A stretch of DNA of 64,000 bases, taken from positions 150,699-214,698 of the forward strand of contig DATKZF010000003.1 of NCBI GenBank assembly GCA_035528115.1, written 5' to 3'. Source of the DNA: Candidatus Bipolaricaulota bacterium. Its GTDB lineage: Bacteria > Patescibacteriota > Patescibacteriia > UBA11705 > DATKZF01. The notes beneath the pieces are model-generated. The model saw only the letters and a list, made by a program, of their open reading frames with translations. It did not search any database and had not been told where the DNA came from. Made by a program: the position numbers and the translations under genes. Of this stretch, positions 1-9,099 are shown one piece after another (within the stretch, counting starts at the first letter, position 1; the number at the start of each line of letters is the position of its first letter).

Positions 1-205
1 CAGTAGCGTCAAAAACGCTTGACGCCGCGCTATACATGCTGGAATCGGACCAATCCGTCTGGCCTGCACCGCCGCTCCAATCAATCTGAGTCCAAGGAGA
101 AATAGACGCCTCAGAGCTCGGCGCGAAAATTCCAGAGGAAACCAAAGCCATTATCAAAAAAACAATGAATTTAAAATTTTCTTTTATTTTATTTTTATTT
201 ACCAT
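1..205 (-). CDS. N-terminal fragment of a secreted protein, running off the window edge
   Basis: Minus-strand ATG at 205..203 gives MVNKNKIKENFKFIVFLIMALVSSGIFAPSSEA..., a signal-peptide-like N-terminus. The reading frame stays open to position 1. Not in the ORF track because it is truncated. Confidence 0.3.
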   Translation of the reverse strand, partial: MVNKNKIKENFKFIVFLIMALVSSGIFAPSSEASISPWTQIDWSGGAGQTDWSDSSMYSAASSVFDAT

Positions 206-396
206 TCGATCCGCAAGCATAATTTATATTACAAAAAAAGAATCCTCCATATATTATTAAACCATTTTTAGAGGAAATCATCAAACGAAACTGTGAAAAA
301 CTTTTCGAACATAAAAAAACCGCCGATTGGCGATTAGCTATGACTGGCCTGCCAGCCGAAGCTCAAGACGAGCCTTCGCGAGTCGAGAGCGAAGGC

Positions 397-472
397 TGGA
401 GCCCGAGAGCGGATTTGAACCGCTGACCTACTCCTTACCATGGAGTTGCTCTACCAACTGAGCTACCCGGGC
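397..472 (-). tRNA. tRNA-Thr, anticodon GGU
   Basis: Reverse complement folds as a cloverleaf: acceptor GCCCGGG/CTCGGGC, D-arm GCTCAGTTGGTAGAGC, anticodon stem ACTCC/GGAGT with loop AUGGUAA (anticodon GGU), T-arm AGCGGTTCAAATCCGCT. CCA is encoded. Confidence 0.85.
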
Positions 473-672
473 GAAAATTAATATATTTTATGAGTCCACA
501 GCCACAGCAACTGCCTGTCCCTGCCTTCGTACGACTCCGGCAGGCAGGCGCCGAAGTTTTAACGAAGGCGGACCTGTCCGCCGAAGCTCGAAGAGCGTAG
601 GCGGAAGCTACCCGGGCGAAAGGCGAAAATTTTATAAAATCATTATATACGATCAAAAAAAGAAAATAAAGC

Positions 673-1563
673 CTACCATAAAAAATTAAGGCCTTTGGAA
701 TCTTTTGTCAACTCCATTGCCTTTATTTTTTCCGCGTAATCTCGCAACTTCTGGTTGTCCGGATTAATCCTTTTCAAACCATTAAGGGCTTCCATGGCCA
801 AAAGTTTATTATTGGCCGCGATGCTGGCTTCAATCAACAGATCAAGATTCCTGGGATTGTTCGGCTCGAGCGAAACCGCTCGCTTGAAATAATCCACGCT
901 CATTTTGTAACTGCCCATGGCCAAGGCCACTTCACCCAAATCAACATAATCATCGGCCAATTCAATGCTGTTGGAAAACGTTCTGACCTCCCGATTGTCT
1001 TCTTGTTTCGTCACTTCCTGCGATATTTTCAAATCCAATTTCAACACGAATTTATAAGTTTCCAGAGCGGATTTGAATTCTTTCTTTTTATAGTAAAGAT
1101 CGCCCAAACCCTTGAAAGCTCCCTTTTCCTGGGGCGATAAACTGATAATTTCAATATATTTTTTCTCCGCGTCCGCCATATCCTCTTTCTTCACGGCCTC
1201 TTGAGCTTCAGCCAGCAACTGATTGATTCTTTTTTTGAATTCAACCGCGTCTGAAGCCGTTTGCTTGACTTCTTCACGCTTATATTTTTTTTCCAAATCC
1301 TGCACTTTCGCGCGAAAGGCTTTCAGCCAATCGGAAAATTTGGCCCAGGCCGGCGCCAGTCCTTTGGTGAACAGATCCTTTGTTCTTTGCGTTTTTCGTT
1401 TCAGTCGATCGCTTAAAATCTTGTCTCTGGTTTCGTTTTCTTTTTCTCTCGAAATAGTCGAAATATCCAAAGTCTTCACCTGAGGCAATTTTTTGATCAG
1501 GATGTAAACGATCAAGCCCAAACAGACCCCGATCACGCCGACCAATATCCAAGTTAACAGCAT
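673..1563 (-). CDS. Membrane-anchored TPR-repeat protein
   Basis: 296-aa ORF with an N-terminal transmembrane helix (LLTWILVGVIGVCLGLIVYILI), then a Lys/Glu-rich coiled-coil region and TPR-like repeats (A..Y......P....A...LG..Y pattern, e.g. MGSYKMSVDYFKRAVSLEPNNP). Confidence 0.55.
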   Translation of the reverse strand: MLLTWILVGVIGVCLGLIVYILIKKLPQVKTLDISTISREKENETRDKILSDRLKRKTQRTKDLFTKGLAPAWAKFSDWLKAFRAKVQDLEKKYKREEVKQTASDAVEFKKRINQLLAEAQEAVKKEDMADAEKKYIEIISLSPQEKGAFKGLGDLYYKKKEFKSALETYKFVLKLDLKISQEVTKQEDNREVRTFSNSIELADDYVDLGEVALAMGSYKMSVDYFKRAVSLEPNNPRNLDLLIEASIAANNKLLAMEALNGLKRINPDNQKLRDYAEKIKAMELTKDSKGLNFLW

Positions 1564-1666
1564 ACGAACAAATAAAAAAAGATAATATATACCTTATTTA
1601 ACGCCGATTTAATATACTTATTTTCTTTATACAAACTATCATTTTCAACGAATTATGTCAAAGAAA

Positions 1667-2401
1667 TCAGCGGCCGGATTTCTTGAATATTTTTTCAAGT
1701 TCAGCCACATCAAGACTGGTCTTCCCGACTAAAAATCCTCTGATTTCTTTTTTCTTCAAATATTCTTTGATGTTTTTGGAATCAACGCTGCCGCCATACA
1801 AGAACTTCACTTTTTCATCGAAAAAATCGCTGCCGTACATATTGGCGATCAAACGTTTGGTGGCGCGGGCGACATTGACGACATCGTCCGGCGAACAATT
1901 CTTGCCGGTGCCGATCGCCCAGACCGGCTCATAAGCCAAAAACAATTCGCTTTTTTCTTTGGGTTTCAATTTCGCCAACGCGCTCTTCAGTTGATTGATT
2001 ATCACTTGATCGCGGTTGTCTTTTTCGGATTCTCGCTCGCCAAAACACAAAATCGGCGTCAAATCAACTCGCCAAGCCTGTTTGACTTTTTGATTGATCA
2101 ATTGCTCGCTTTCGTCCAGCATATATCTGCGCTCGGAATGTCCGATGATGGCGAATGAACAGCCGACTTCTTTAAGCGTGGCGGCGGACACTTCTCCGGT
2201 AAAAGCGCCTTTTGGAAACGGCGAACAATCTTGAGCGGCCAAATCAAGTCCGCTCTCATTTCCGGCCGCTTTGAGCATCGGCGCGCTCGGCGCCAAAATC
2301 AAACGGAATTTATCCGTCGGCAAATTTTTAACCTTATCGATCAGATTCAATGTCTCACGAAAGCCGAGATTCATTTTCCAATTGGCGATAAAATACTTCA
2401 T
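1667..2401 (-). CDS. tpiA: Triosephosphate isomerase
   Basis: 244 aa with the hallmark TIM motifs NWKMN, IIGHSERR, YEPVWAIGTG and YGGSV. Confidence 0.9.
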   Translation of the reverse strand: MKYFIANWKMNLGFRETLNLIDKVKNLPTDKFRLILAPSAPMLKAAGNESGLDLAAQDCSPFPKGAFTGEVSAATLKEVGCSFAIIGHSERRYMLDESEQLINQKVKQAWRVDLTPILCFGERESEKDNRDQVIINQLKSALAKLKPKEKSELFLAYEPVWAIGTGKNCSPDDVVNVARATKRLIANMYGSDFFDEKVKFLYGGSVDSKNIKEYLKKKEIRGFLVGKTSLDVAELEKIFKKSGR

Positions 2402-2554
2402 ACGTTACGAATTATTGCGACTGATTAGCTAGCCTTGGCTTTATATTCATTACAAATCAAGCTTGTAGCTTATTAGCTTATTAGCTTTTTAGCTGGTAGG
2501 TGGCTTAAGTCCGGCTTCTTTGTTCCATGTTACGTGTTATATGGTGTCGTAACC

Positions 2555-3826
2555 TTACAATTCCAATAATTTTTTAAAATCTTCACCGCCTTCGTCAAAC
2601 GGTCCGATCAAAGCGAGATTAAGAAATCTTTTCAGGAGAACTTCCTTAGCGACTTTTTCAACATCTTCAACGGTCACTTTATCAAACAAGGCGAATTTTT
2701 GTTCGGGCGTTAAAATCTCGCCGGTTAAGGCCGCTTGTTTGGCAAACCACTCGGCCGCTTCGGACGAATCCTCGAGATGCAAAATAACTTTGCCCCGCAA
2801 AAATTGTTTGGCGTCTTTTAATTCGTCTTCGGTCACGCGGCCGTCTCTGATCTTCTTTAATTCGTCCAAAATCAATGAAATGGCTTCTTTAATCCTGTTT
2901 TTATCCAACCCGGCCTGGACGATCAAATTGCCCGTGTCCTTATAAATATTGATGTAGCTTCTGATAAAATAACACAAACCTTTCCGTTCTCGAATATTGA
3001 TAAAAAGTCTGGAGCTCATGTTGCCTCCCAAAATAATGGCCAGCAAATACAGCGCGAAAACACGATCATCGCCGTATGGAAAACCGGGAAAACCGAAAGC
3101 CAGCTGAACTTGCTCGGTGGCTTGCTTTTTTATCATCAACTTCGGTTCGGTTTGATCGAAAACGAATTTTGAAAATTCGGGAGGCTCTTGACTCGTTGCC
3201 TCGAAAGAAAAAGCCTTTTCTATTTTTTCTTTTATATCGTCCGGAAACTTGCCGGATACGGCAATCACCAGATTGTTCGGTTGATAAAACGCATTTTTAT
3301 AATCTAGCAACTCTTGCCTTGAAACGGTTTTAATCACCTCGCGCGGCCCGCTGATTTGCCAGCCCAAAGGATTGCCGTCGAAAATACATTGCTCGAGAAG
3401 ATCCTCGATATACATCAACGGATTATCCTCGTACATATTGATTTCTTCAACGATCACCCCGCGTTCACGATTGATTTCATTTTCATCGAACTTCGAATTA
3501 AGCAACATATCGGACAAAACATCCACGGCCAAATCTATTTTTTCCGAATCTATTTTAATGTAATAAGCGGTCCAGTCTTTGGCGGTCATGGCGTTAAACT
3601 CCGCGCCTACGCTGTCCAGTTCTTTGGAAATGGCCAAAGTGTTCGGTCTTTTCTCCGTGCCCTTGAACATCAAATGTTCGATAAAATGAGAGGCGCCGTT
3701 GATTTTTTCGGATTCATACCTTGAACCGACGCCGAAAATGGCCATGACGGATACGGCTTTGGTTTCATTACTCGGCACCAAAATCAATTTCGCCCCGTTT
3801 TTTAACTTATATTCTTCATATTTCAT
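2555..3826 (-). CDS. M16-family zinc peptidase (insulinase/pitrilysin-like)
   Basis: 423 aa with the inverted zinc-binding motif HFIEHLMFKGT (HxxEH) near the N-terminus. Length and architecture fit M16 peptidases. Confidence 0.8.
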   Translation of the reverse strand: MKYEEYKLKNGAKLILVPSNETKAVSVMAIFGVGSRYESEKINGASHFIEHLMFKGTEKRPNTLAISKELDSVGAEFNAMTAKDWTAYYIKIDSEKIDLAVDVLSDMLLNSKFDENEINRERGVIVEEINMYEDNPLMYIEDLLEQCIFDGNPLGWQISGPREVIKTVSRQELLDYKNAFYQPNNLVIAVSGKFPDDIKEKIEKAFSFEATSQEPPEFSKFVFDQTEPKLMIKKQATEQVQLAFGFPGFPYGDDRVFALYLLAIILGGNMSSRLFINIRERKGLCYFIRSYINIYKDTGNLIVQAGLDKNRIKEAISLILDELKKIRDGRVTEDELKDAKQFLRGKVILHLEDSSEAAEWFAKQAALTGEILTPEQKFALFDKVTVEDVEKVAKEVLLKRFLNLALIGPFDEGGEDFKKLLEL

Positions 3827-3885
3827 ATAAAAACATTATAATCGATCACCGCTGAAAAAACAACCGCGACCTTAATTTTTTCAAT

Positions 3886-3914
3886 TAAAAAAAGACTTCG
3901 CGTGGGAAGTCTTT
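3886..3914 (-). terminator. Intrinsic terminator downstream of the GC-rich gene at 3942..4691
   Basis: On the minus strand: hairpin AGACTTCccacgcGAAGTCT followed by a T7 run. Confidence 0.5.
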
Positions 3915-3941
3915 ACTCCTTTCATTTCATGGCGCAATGCC

Positions 3942-4691
3942 TTATGAAGACATTGTCAATTTAATACGGTCTAGCTGCACGCCGAAGATTTTTTCCGTCG
4001 CCGCGACCGCCAGATGGATTTTTTCCTCGATCTCTCTGTGGCCATCTGAAACATTCAGCGACAACTTCTTCGCCAACACCGCGCCCACCTCCTGCTTAAC
4101 GGAATCAACGAACTTTTGAAACAGGACAAACTCTTCCACCATTTTCGGCAGATACCTGTCCTGCACGCTGAACCCGAGCTCAACTCGGTATGATTTTCGA
4201 TATGCCGTCTCATGAACATGGACGTCGCAGACAACACGTATCTCTCCCCCCCACACCTCGGGCACGGCCGGCCCTAGATCAGGGAACTTTTCCATGGGAT
4301 TCGTATCTTGGGGACAGAGCGCGGAACGACCCGCTTCGTCCACCAAGTACATTCTGTCCGTCGACATCCCTTTTGAGCTGACTCGAATCAGACGATACTT
4401 ATTTTTCGGAGGCAATGGCCACCTAAAATAGGTGGCGTGAATCCGGCCGGTGCCGACCACCATGACCGCTCCGACAAGAGCTTCAATCACGGCCAAGGCA
4501 ATCCGAGCCTCGACCACCAGCGGCAGCGCGATGACCGCGCCAATGAACAGCGCCCAGATGACCGCCAAGGCATTGCGGCAATGTCTGAGCAAGGACTTGA
4601 AGTTCTTGCTCTGCCGTTCGGCGATCAGCTTTTTGCGGCGGCAATCCTCTGTGTACTCCAAGAATATTCTCGCTACCCGATGTCCGCTCAT
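3942..4691 (-). CDS. Hypothetical two-TM membrane protein in a GC-rich (about 55%) islet
   Basis: 249-aa ORF. Strong SD (GGAGGG) 6 nt upstream of the ATG. Two hydrophobic helices (ALAVIWALFIGAVIALPLVV, IALAVIEALVGAVMVVG) followed by a soluble C-terminal domain. Local GC is far above the flanking genes. No family recognised. Confidence 0.5.
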   Translation of the reverse strand: MSGHRVARIFLEYTEDCRRKKLIAERQSKNFKSLLRHCRNALAVIWALFIGAVIALPLVVEARIALAVIEALVGAVMVVGTGRIHATYFRWPLPPKNKYRLIRVSSKGMSTDRMYLVDEAGRSALCPQDTNPMEKFPDLGPAVPEVWGGEIRVVCDVHVHETAYRKSYRVELGFSVQDRYLPKMVEEFVLFQKFVDSVKQEVGAVLAKKLSLNVSDGHREIEEKIHLAVAATEKIFGVQLDRIKLTMSS

Positions 4692-4774
4692 TTGTCCCTC
4701 CTCCGTATTTCAATGCGTTAAACCCAGTCTTTCCGACCTCATACATTTACACAAAATCAATAATTTGTCAACCA

Positions 4775-4798
4775 AAAAATGGGATACCCTCCCATTTT
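4775..4798 (-). terminator. Intrinsic terminator after the GT28-like gene
   Basis: AAAATGGGA-taccc-TCCCATTTT hairpin, followed on the minus strand by a T-run. Confidence 0.5.
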
Positions 4799-4819
4799 AC
4801 GGCTTTATATAATTACCAA

Positions 4820-6151
4820 CTACAATATCTGCGGCAGACTTTCCGCCTTTTTTATCTTGCCGGCAATGATTGATTCAATGTTTTTGGTGCCCAATTTATG
4901 AGCGTCCAGATAGCCTTCCATGGCCGCCTCGGCCAGCCAGCCAGAATCAAGCCAGTCAAAAAGCCATTGATCCGCGTATCTGGGATCCAATTGATCCATG
5001 CCCGCGCCGATTGATTCGAGCCACATTTGATTGAACAGTTCTTGAGACCCAATGGGCGGAGCAATGATGATCGGAATGCCGAGTGCGCAATAAAAGGACA
5101 GCTCACTCGGCTTGGTCCATAAAATATCGGTGGTCAGCAAAGCTTGATTGAACCTGTCCATGTATTCGTGAAAACTGAGCGAATAAATTATATCGACTTT
5201 ACTTTTGTCTTTTCCAAATCCGTGCTTCGCCGCCACTCGCTCGAAATATTTATAAATTTCATTTCTGACGCCCGCGACCAGATTTATTTTCACTTGGCCT
5301 TCATTGATTTTCTTTTTCAAACTGCCGATAATCTGATCGCCTATCTCTCTTTGCGCGCCCGCGCCGCCGACCGCGAAGGTGATGGTCAAAGGGCGCTCGA
5401 CTTTGTCCGGCACGCAGCCGGCCGGCAAATTTTCTTCAATGGTCTTTTCGTATTTGCCTCGATAAATATTTTTAGGATCCAAATTACAAATGCGCTCGCC
5501 CATGTGTTTTTTCAAGATTTCCAGATTATGACCGTCGATATTTTCTTTCGGCAAAGGAAACCCGGTTAAAAAAATATTTTCTTTTCTGATGCCGTATTCA
5601 ATCAACCGATCGACCGCCCTTTTGGTCGGCGCGAAATATTTCAATCTGCTCTTTTTGGGCTCGAGCGGCGCCCAAGTGCGGGAAACATCCGTGTCCGTAA
5701 TTACCACATAAATGTCATTTTTGAAATTATGAAATTCCGCGAAAAATGCGGGCACGAAAAAAGTGGTGATCAGCGGAATGTTTTCATGATTCAAATACTC
5801 GATCAAGTGGCGGCCCCAGCCCTTTTCCATGTAACGGTACATTTGCTTAATCTGGAATGTGGCGGCGGACAAATCGCGTCTCGGATAAAAAGGATCTATG
5901 TTTTGAAAATATTTATCGTAAAATTTAAAAACTTCATTACCCAAAAAAGGCACGTGTTTTAATCTGGAAACGAATTCATAAAACTTGCGGCTGCGCCGCC
6001 AAATCCGCGCGTCTTTATCGGGGATGCCCGAATAATCGTTGGCCGTGATGATTCCTTCATACGCTATGTCTTTTAGCGGAAATGCGGCGCGCTGATGACC
6101 ATATCCCATGGTGACGGCGACGACCCAGGCTTTGTTTTTGGTTTTTATCAT
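4820..6151 (-). CDS. GT28/MGDG-synthase-like glycosyltransferase (MurG/UgtP superfamily)
   Basis: 443 aa. N-terminal G-rich loop (TMGYGHQRAA) and a C-terminal GT-B domain resemble MGDG synthase / processive diacylglycerol glycosyltransferases. Family-level call only. Confidence 0.55.
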   Translation of the reverse strand: MIKTKNKAWVVAVTMGYGHQRAAFPLKDIAYEGIITANDYSGIPDKDARIWRRSRKFYEFVSRLKHVPFLGNEVFKFYDKYFQNIDPFYPRRDLSAATFQIKQMYRYMEKGWGRHLIEYLNHENIPLITTFFVPAFFAEFHNFKNDIYVVITDTDVSRTWAPLEPKKSRLKYFAPTKRAVDRLIEYGIRKENIFLTGFPLPKENIDGHNLEILKKHMGERICNLDPKNIYRGKYEKTIEENLPAGCVPDKVERPLTITFAVGGAGAQREIGDQIIGSLKKKINEGQVKINLVAGVRNEIYKYFERVAAKHGFGKDKSKVDIIYSLSFHEYMDRFNQALLTTDILWTKPSELSFYCALGIPIIIAPPIGSQELFNQMWLESIGAGMDQLDPRYADQWLFDWLDSGWLAEAAMEGYLDAHKLGTKNIESIIAGKIKKAESLPQIL

Positions 6152-6310
6152 ATTACAAATAACTGCTTCAAATAGGACTATCTAATTTTTTTTTAATCAA
6201 TCATTACGAATAATTACAAATTATCCCCAAAAAATCCCATTGGGACAATCTTCTCGGACAATAGGCGCTATGAAATAGCCAATTCGCGGAATGTAATTCG
6301 TAACTATTGC

Positions 6311-6664
6311 TCAATAGACCTTCTTAAACTTAACATGAAAGACCGGCTCATAATTATTATCCCCTTTATCGGTCACTTCCACGGTCTCGCCTTTGACGAA
6401 TTTATTCAAAGCGATATCGGACAAAAGTTCTTCGTCCGTTTGAATATCGGCTTTTAAGCTATCGAGTTCTTCGAATTCTTTGGCGAAATCCTGCCTCACC
6501 TGCGCTTCCAAATTCTTTTTCTTGTCTCTTGTTTCGTTGAACTCATCAACCATGTCCTTGTATCCCGGAGTTTGTCCCAGCGTGTCTTTGTAAATTTTTC
6601 TCAATTCTTTTTGTTTATTCCTGGCTTCTTGAACGCGGTTGAAGACTTCTTGGATGTTCTGCAT
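6311..6664 (-). CDS. Hypothetical coiled-coil protein
   Basis: 117-aa charged ORF of alpha-helical character between conserved neighbours. No recognisable motif. Confidence 0.45.
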   Translation of the reverse strand: MQNIQEVFNRVQEARNKQKELRKIYKDTLGQTPGYKDMVDEFNETRDKKKNLEAQVRQDFAKEFEELDSLKADIQTDEELLSDIALNKFVKGETVEVTDKGDNNYEPVFHVKFKKVY

Positions 6665-6802
6665 ACGTTACGAATATTAATTCTAATTAGCAGCCTTTGT
6701 TTTTAGCCGATGGTTTAGTTCACGTTACGAATACGTTACAAATATTTGCATCAAACAAGGCAAGCTTGACCGTTCTTATTTATTATGAATTTTATCAAAA
6801 AA

Positions 6803-7201
6803 TTATTCCGTCGTTTGTCCGTCAAATTCAGCTTCGTTGGCCATGGCCTCTTCCTTGGTCGCTCTCACCACACCGTCTTTGTGATGAGCGGGCGAATAAA
6901 TGGTGTAAAGTTTCAAATCCTCGGCATCTGAAACATTGATGACATTATGCTCGGCTCCGGCCGGCACCACGATGGCCGAACCGTCAGTGACTTCGTATTC
7001 ATTGCCGTCAATAATGACTTTGCCCATGCCTTTTTCAAAACGGAAAAATTGATCATTGTCAGCGTGAATTTCCATGCCAATGTCTTCATTGGGTCGAAGC
7101 GACATTAAAACCAGCTGGCTGTGTTTGGCAGTATACAAGACTTTACGAAAATTACCGTTTTCCAAAGTGTCTTTTTCAATGTTGGCGAAAAATCCTTTCA
7201 T
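6803..7201 (-). CDS. Cupin-domain protein
   Basis: 132 aa with a cupin_2-like core (G..EIHADNDQFF...G.G.V.IDG.EYEV..G..IVVPAGAEHNV). Confidence 0.65.
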   Translation of the reverse strand: MKGFFANIEKDTLENGNFRKVLYTAKHSQLVLMSLRPNEDIGMEIHADNDQFFRFEKGMGKVIIDGNEYEVTDGSAIVVPAGAEHNVINVSDAEDLKLYTIYSPAHHKDGVVRATKEEAMANEAEFDGQTTE

Positions 7202-7369
7202 AGATTTAAAAATTATGAGTTATCTTTTTCAATTATAACAGTATTGAAAAAACGCCGCAATGTAAACCATCCGCAGTTTGACAAATTTTCCTCAATTCCG
7301 TATAATATTTTTAGTTTTTAAAGAACTTTAATGTTTGTTATTTGAAATTTGTTGTTTGTAATTTCACGT

Positions 7370-7443
7370 TCGGGGGTCGTCTAATGGTAGGACTCCAGGT
7401 TTTGGTCCTGGCTATCGGGGTTCGAATCCCTGCCTCCGAGCCA
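7370..7443 (+). tRNA. tRNA-Gln, anticodon UUG
   Basis: Acceptor TCGGGGG/CCTCCGA, anticodon stem CCAGG/CCTGG with loop UUUUGGU (anticodon UUG), T-arm CGGGGTTCGAATCCCTG, then G + CCA. Confidence 0.85.
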
Positions 7444-7682
7444 GCCTTCGCTTCTCACTCTGTTCGGAGCTTCGGCTGGCAGGCCAATAAGCCGTAATTT
7501 TTTTTATAAGGATGAGAACCCCGAGCCTACTAGTCGGGTTCGCCTGCCGAAGCGTAGCGTAGGCGGGCCAATTAGCCGCAAGGCTTTTTTTGTTTGGCAA
7601 AAAATTGTTTGAAAGTCTCAGAATTGATATAATAAAACAAACGGACGTAAATATTTAATATTTAAAAATCCACTACAAAAAC

Positions 7683-9038
7683 ATGAAAAAAAATTTAATC
7701 CTCTTGGGGATCGTGATTATTTTAATCGGCTCAAGTTATTTTATTTGGCATCAAGCTCAATCGAAGATCGGCGTTGACCATCCCGCAACCTCGCTCGAGA
7801 CTACCAAAGACGGACAATCTATCAGCAAACACCAATGGCCCCAATTTCATGGGACATATCTTCACACCGGATACGCAGATATTGAAGGACCGGAAAAGGC
7901 CATTTTAAAATGGAAGTTCAATTTGGGAAAAATAACGGGGACCAAACCTAACAGCGTGATAATTGCCTCCGATGGAACCATTTATGTCGCCGGAGCCGGG
8001 AAAATATTCGCTTTGGATAAAAATGGAACCGAAATTTGGGAAAAAAGCTATCAAAATACTCAAGGTCCCGCTTTGGCGGAAGACGGCACTATTTATTTTC
8101 TTTCGGGAAAGGCGATCATTGCCTTGGACAAAGACGGAAAAGAAAAATGGCAATTTAAAACCAATGGGAATACGATTATCGCTCCGACGGTGGGGCCGGA
8201 CGGAACCATCTATCAGGGTAGCTGGGATGGTTATTTTTATGCGATCAATAAAGACGGGACTCTGAAATGGAAATATAAAACAGCGGGGGCAATCTCCTAT
8301 CCGGCCAGCATCGATCAAAACGGAATAATTTATTTGGGCGGCGGCGATGCCCATGCGGGTCCGGATGGCAATCTTTACGCCTTTAACCCCGACGGAAGTT
8401 TGAAATGGAAATACGACACGAAAGCCATGCGGGTCGGCTCTCCGGCCATAGGTTCCGATGGATTGATCTATGTTCCGGCCGCTCCCGCCTTGCTTGCGTT
8501 TGATTCTTTAGGAAATCTGAAGTGGAGCAAAGGACCGGCCACAAATTTTAATAATATTCCAACTTCAGACCTGGACGGATGCGGCGCGCCGCCGCTGCCA
8601 GCTTGCGGCGGAATGGGGCAACCTCAAAATGGAAACATGAACGAAAACATGCCGCAACCGCCCATGGGACAAGATGACATAGCGGGAATTATCACTCCGG
8701 CAATCTATGCCGATGAAACAATCTATGTGGGCAATGCGCAAGGCATTTTATCCGCCATTGATCTTAAAACCCAAAAAATAAAATGGACTTACGAGACGGA
8801 CGCCAATCCCAATCAAGCCGGCTTTTACGGTCTGCCGAACTTTCCGCTTGTTGATAAAGACGGAACGATTTATTTCGGATCAATAGATAACAATATGTAC
8901 GCGGTTAACAAAAAAGGAAAACTTTTATGGAAATATCAAACGGGCGGCAAAATCACCGAAGCCTCGCCCGCCTTTGATAATAGCGGAACTCTTTATTTCA
9001 CTTCCGAAGACGGCTATCTATACGCGATAGGCGAATAA
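7683..9038 (+). CDS. Secreted PQQ-like beta-propeller repeat protein
   Basis: 451 aa with an N-terminal signal/TM. At least seven repeats of the 'DGTIY(V/F)....G.(I/L)YA(L/I)D..G...W' type typical of PQQ/BamB-like propellers. Confidence 0.7.
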   Translation: MKKNLILLGIVIILIGSSYFIWHQAQSKIGVDHPATSLETTKDGQSISKHQWPQFHGTYLHTGYADIEGPEKAILKWKFNLGKITGTKPNSVIIASDGTIYVAGAGKIFALDKNGTEIWEKSYQNTQGPALAEDGTIYFLSGKAIIALDKDGKEKWQFKTNGNTIIAPTVGPDGTIYQGSWDGYFYAINKDGTLKWKYKTAGAISYPASIDQNGIIYLGGGDAHAGPDGNLYAFNPDGSLKWKYDTKAMRVGSPAIGSDGLIYVPAAPALLAFDSLGNLKWSKGPATNFNNIPTSDLDGCGAPPLPACGGMGQPQNGNMNENMPQPPMGQDDIAGIITPAIYADETIYVGNAQGILSAIDLKTQKIKWTYETDANPNQAGFYGLPNFPLVDKDGTIYFGSIDNNMYAVNKKGKLLWKYQTGGKITEASPAFDNSGTLYFTSEDGYLYAIGE

Positions 9039-9099
9039 TTTCATAATATGATCATGAAACACTCGACAATAATTTAATATTTAAAATAAACAAAAATTT

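Noticed and set aside
435-656. ORF-track CDS (73 aa, minus strand) overlapping tRNA-Thr
   Set aside because: It is read through a tRNA gene and GC-rich hairpin repeats. The Cys/Gly/Arg-rich junk composition marks it as a frame artefact.
2440-2510. Short TAGCTTAT x3 tandem repeat between tpiA and the M16 peptidase gene
   Set aside because: Only three short, imperfect units in an AT-rich promoter region, with no further structure. It is probably slippage or a promoter spacer.
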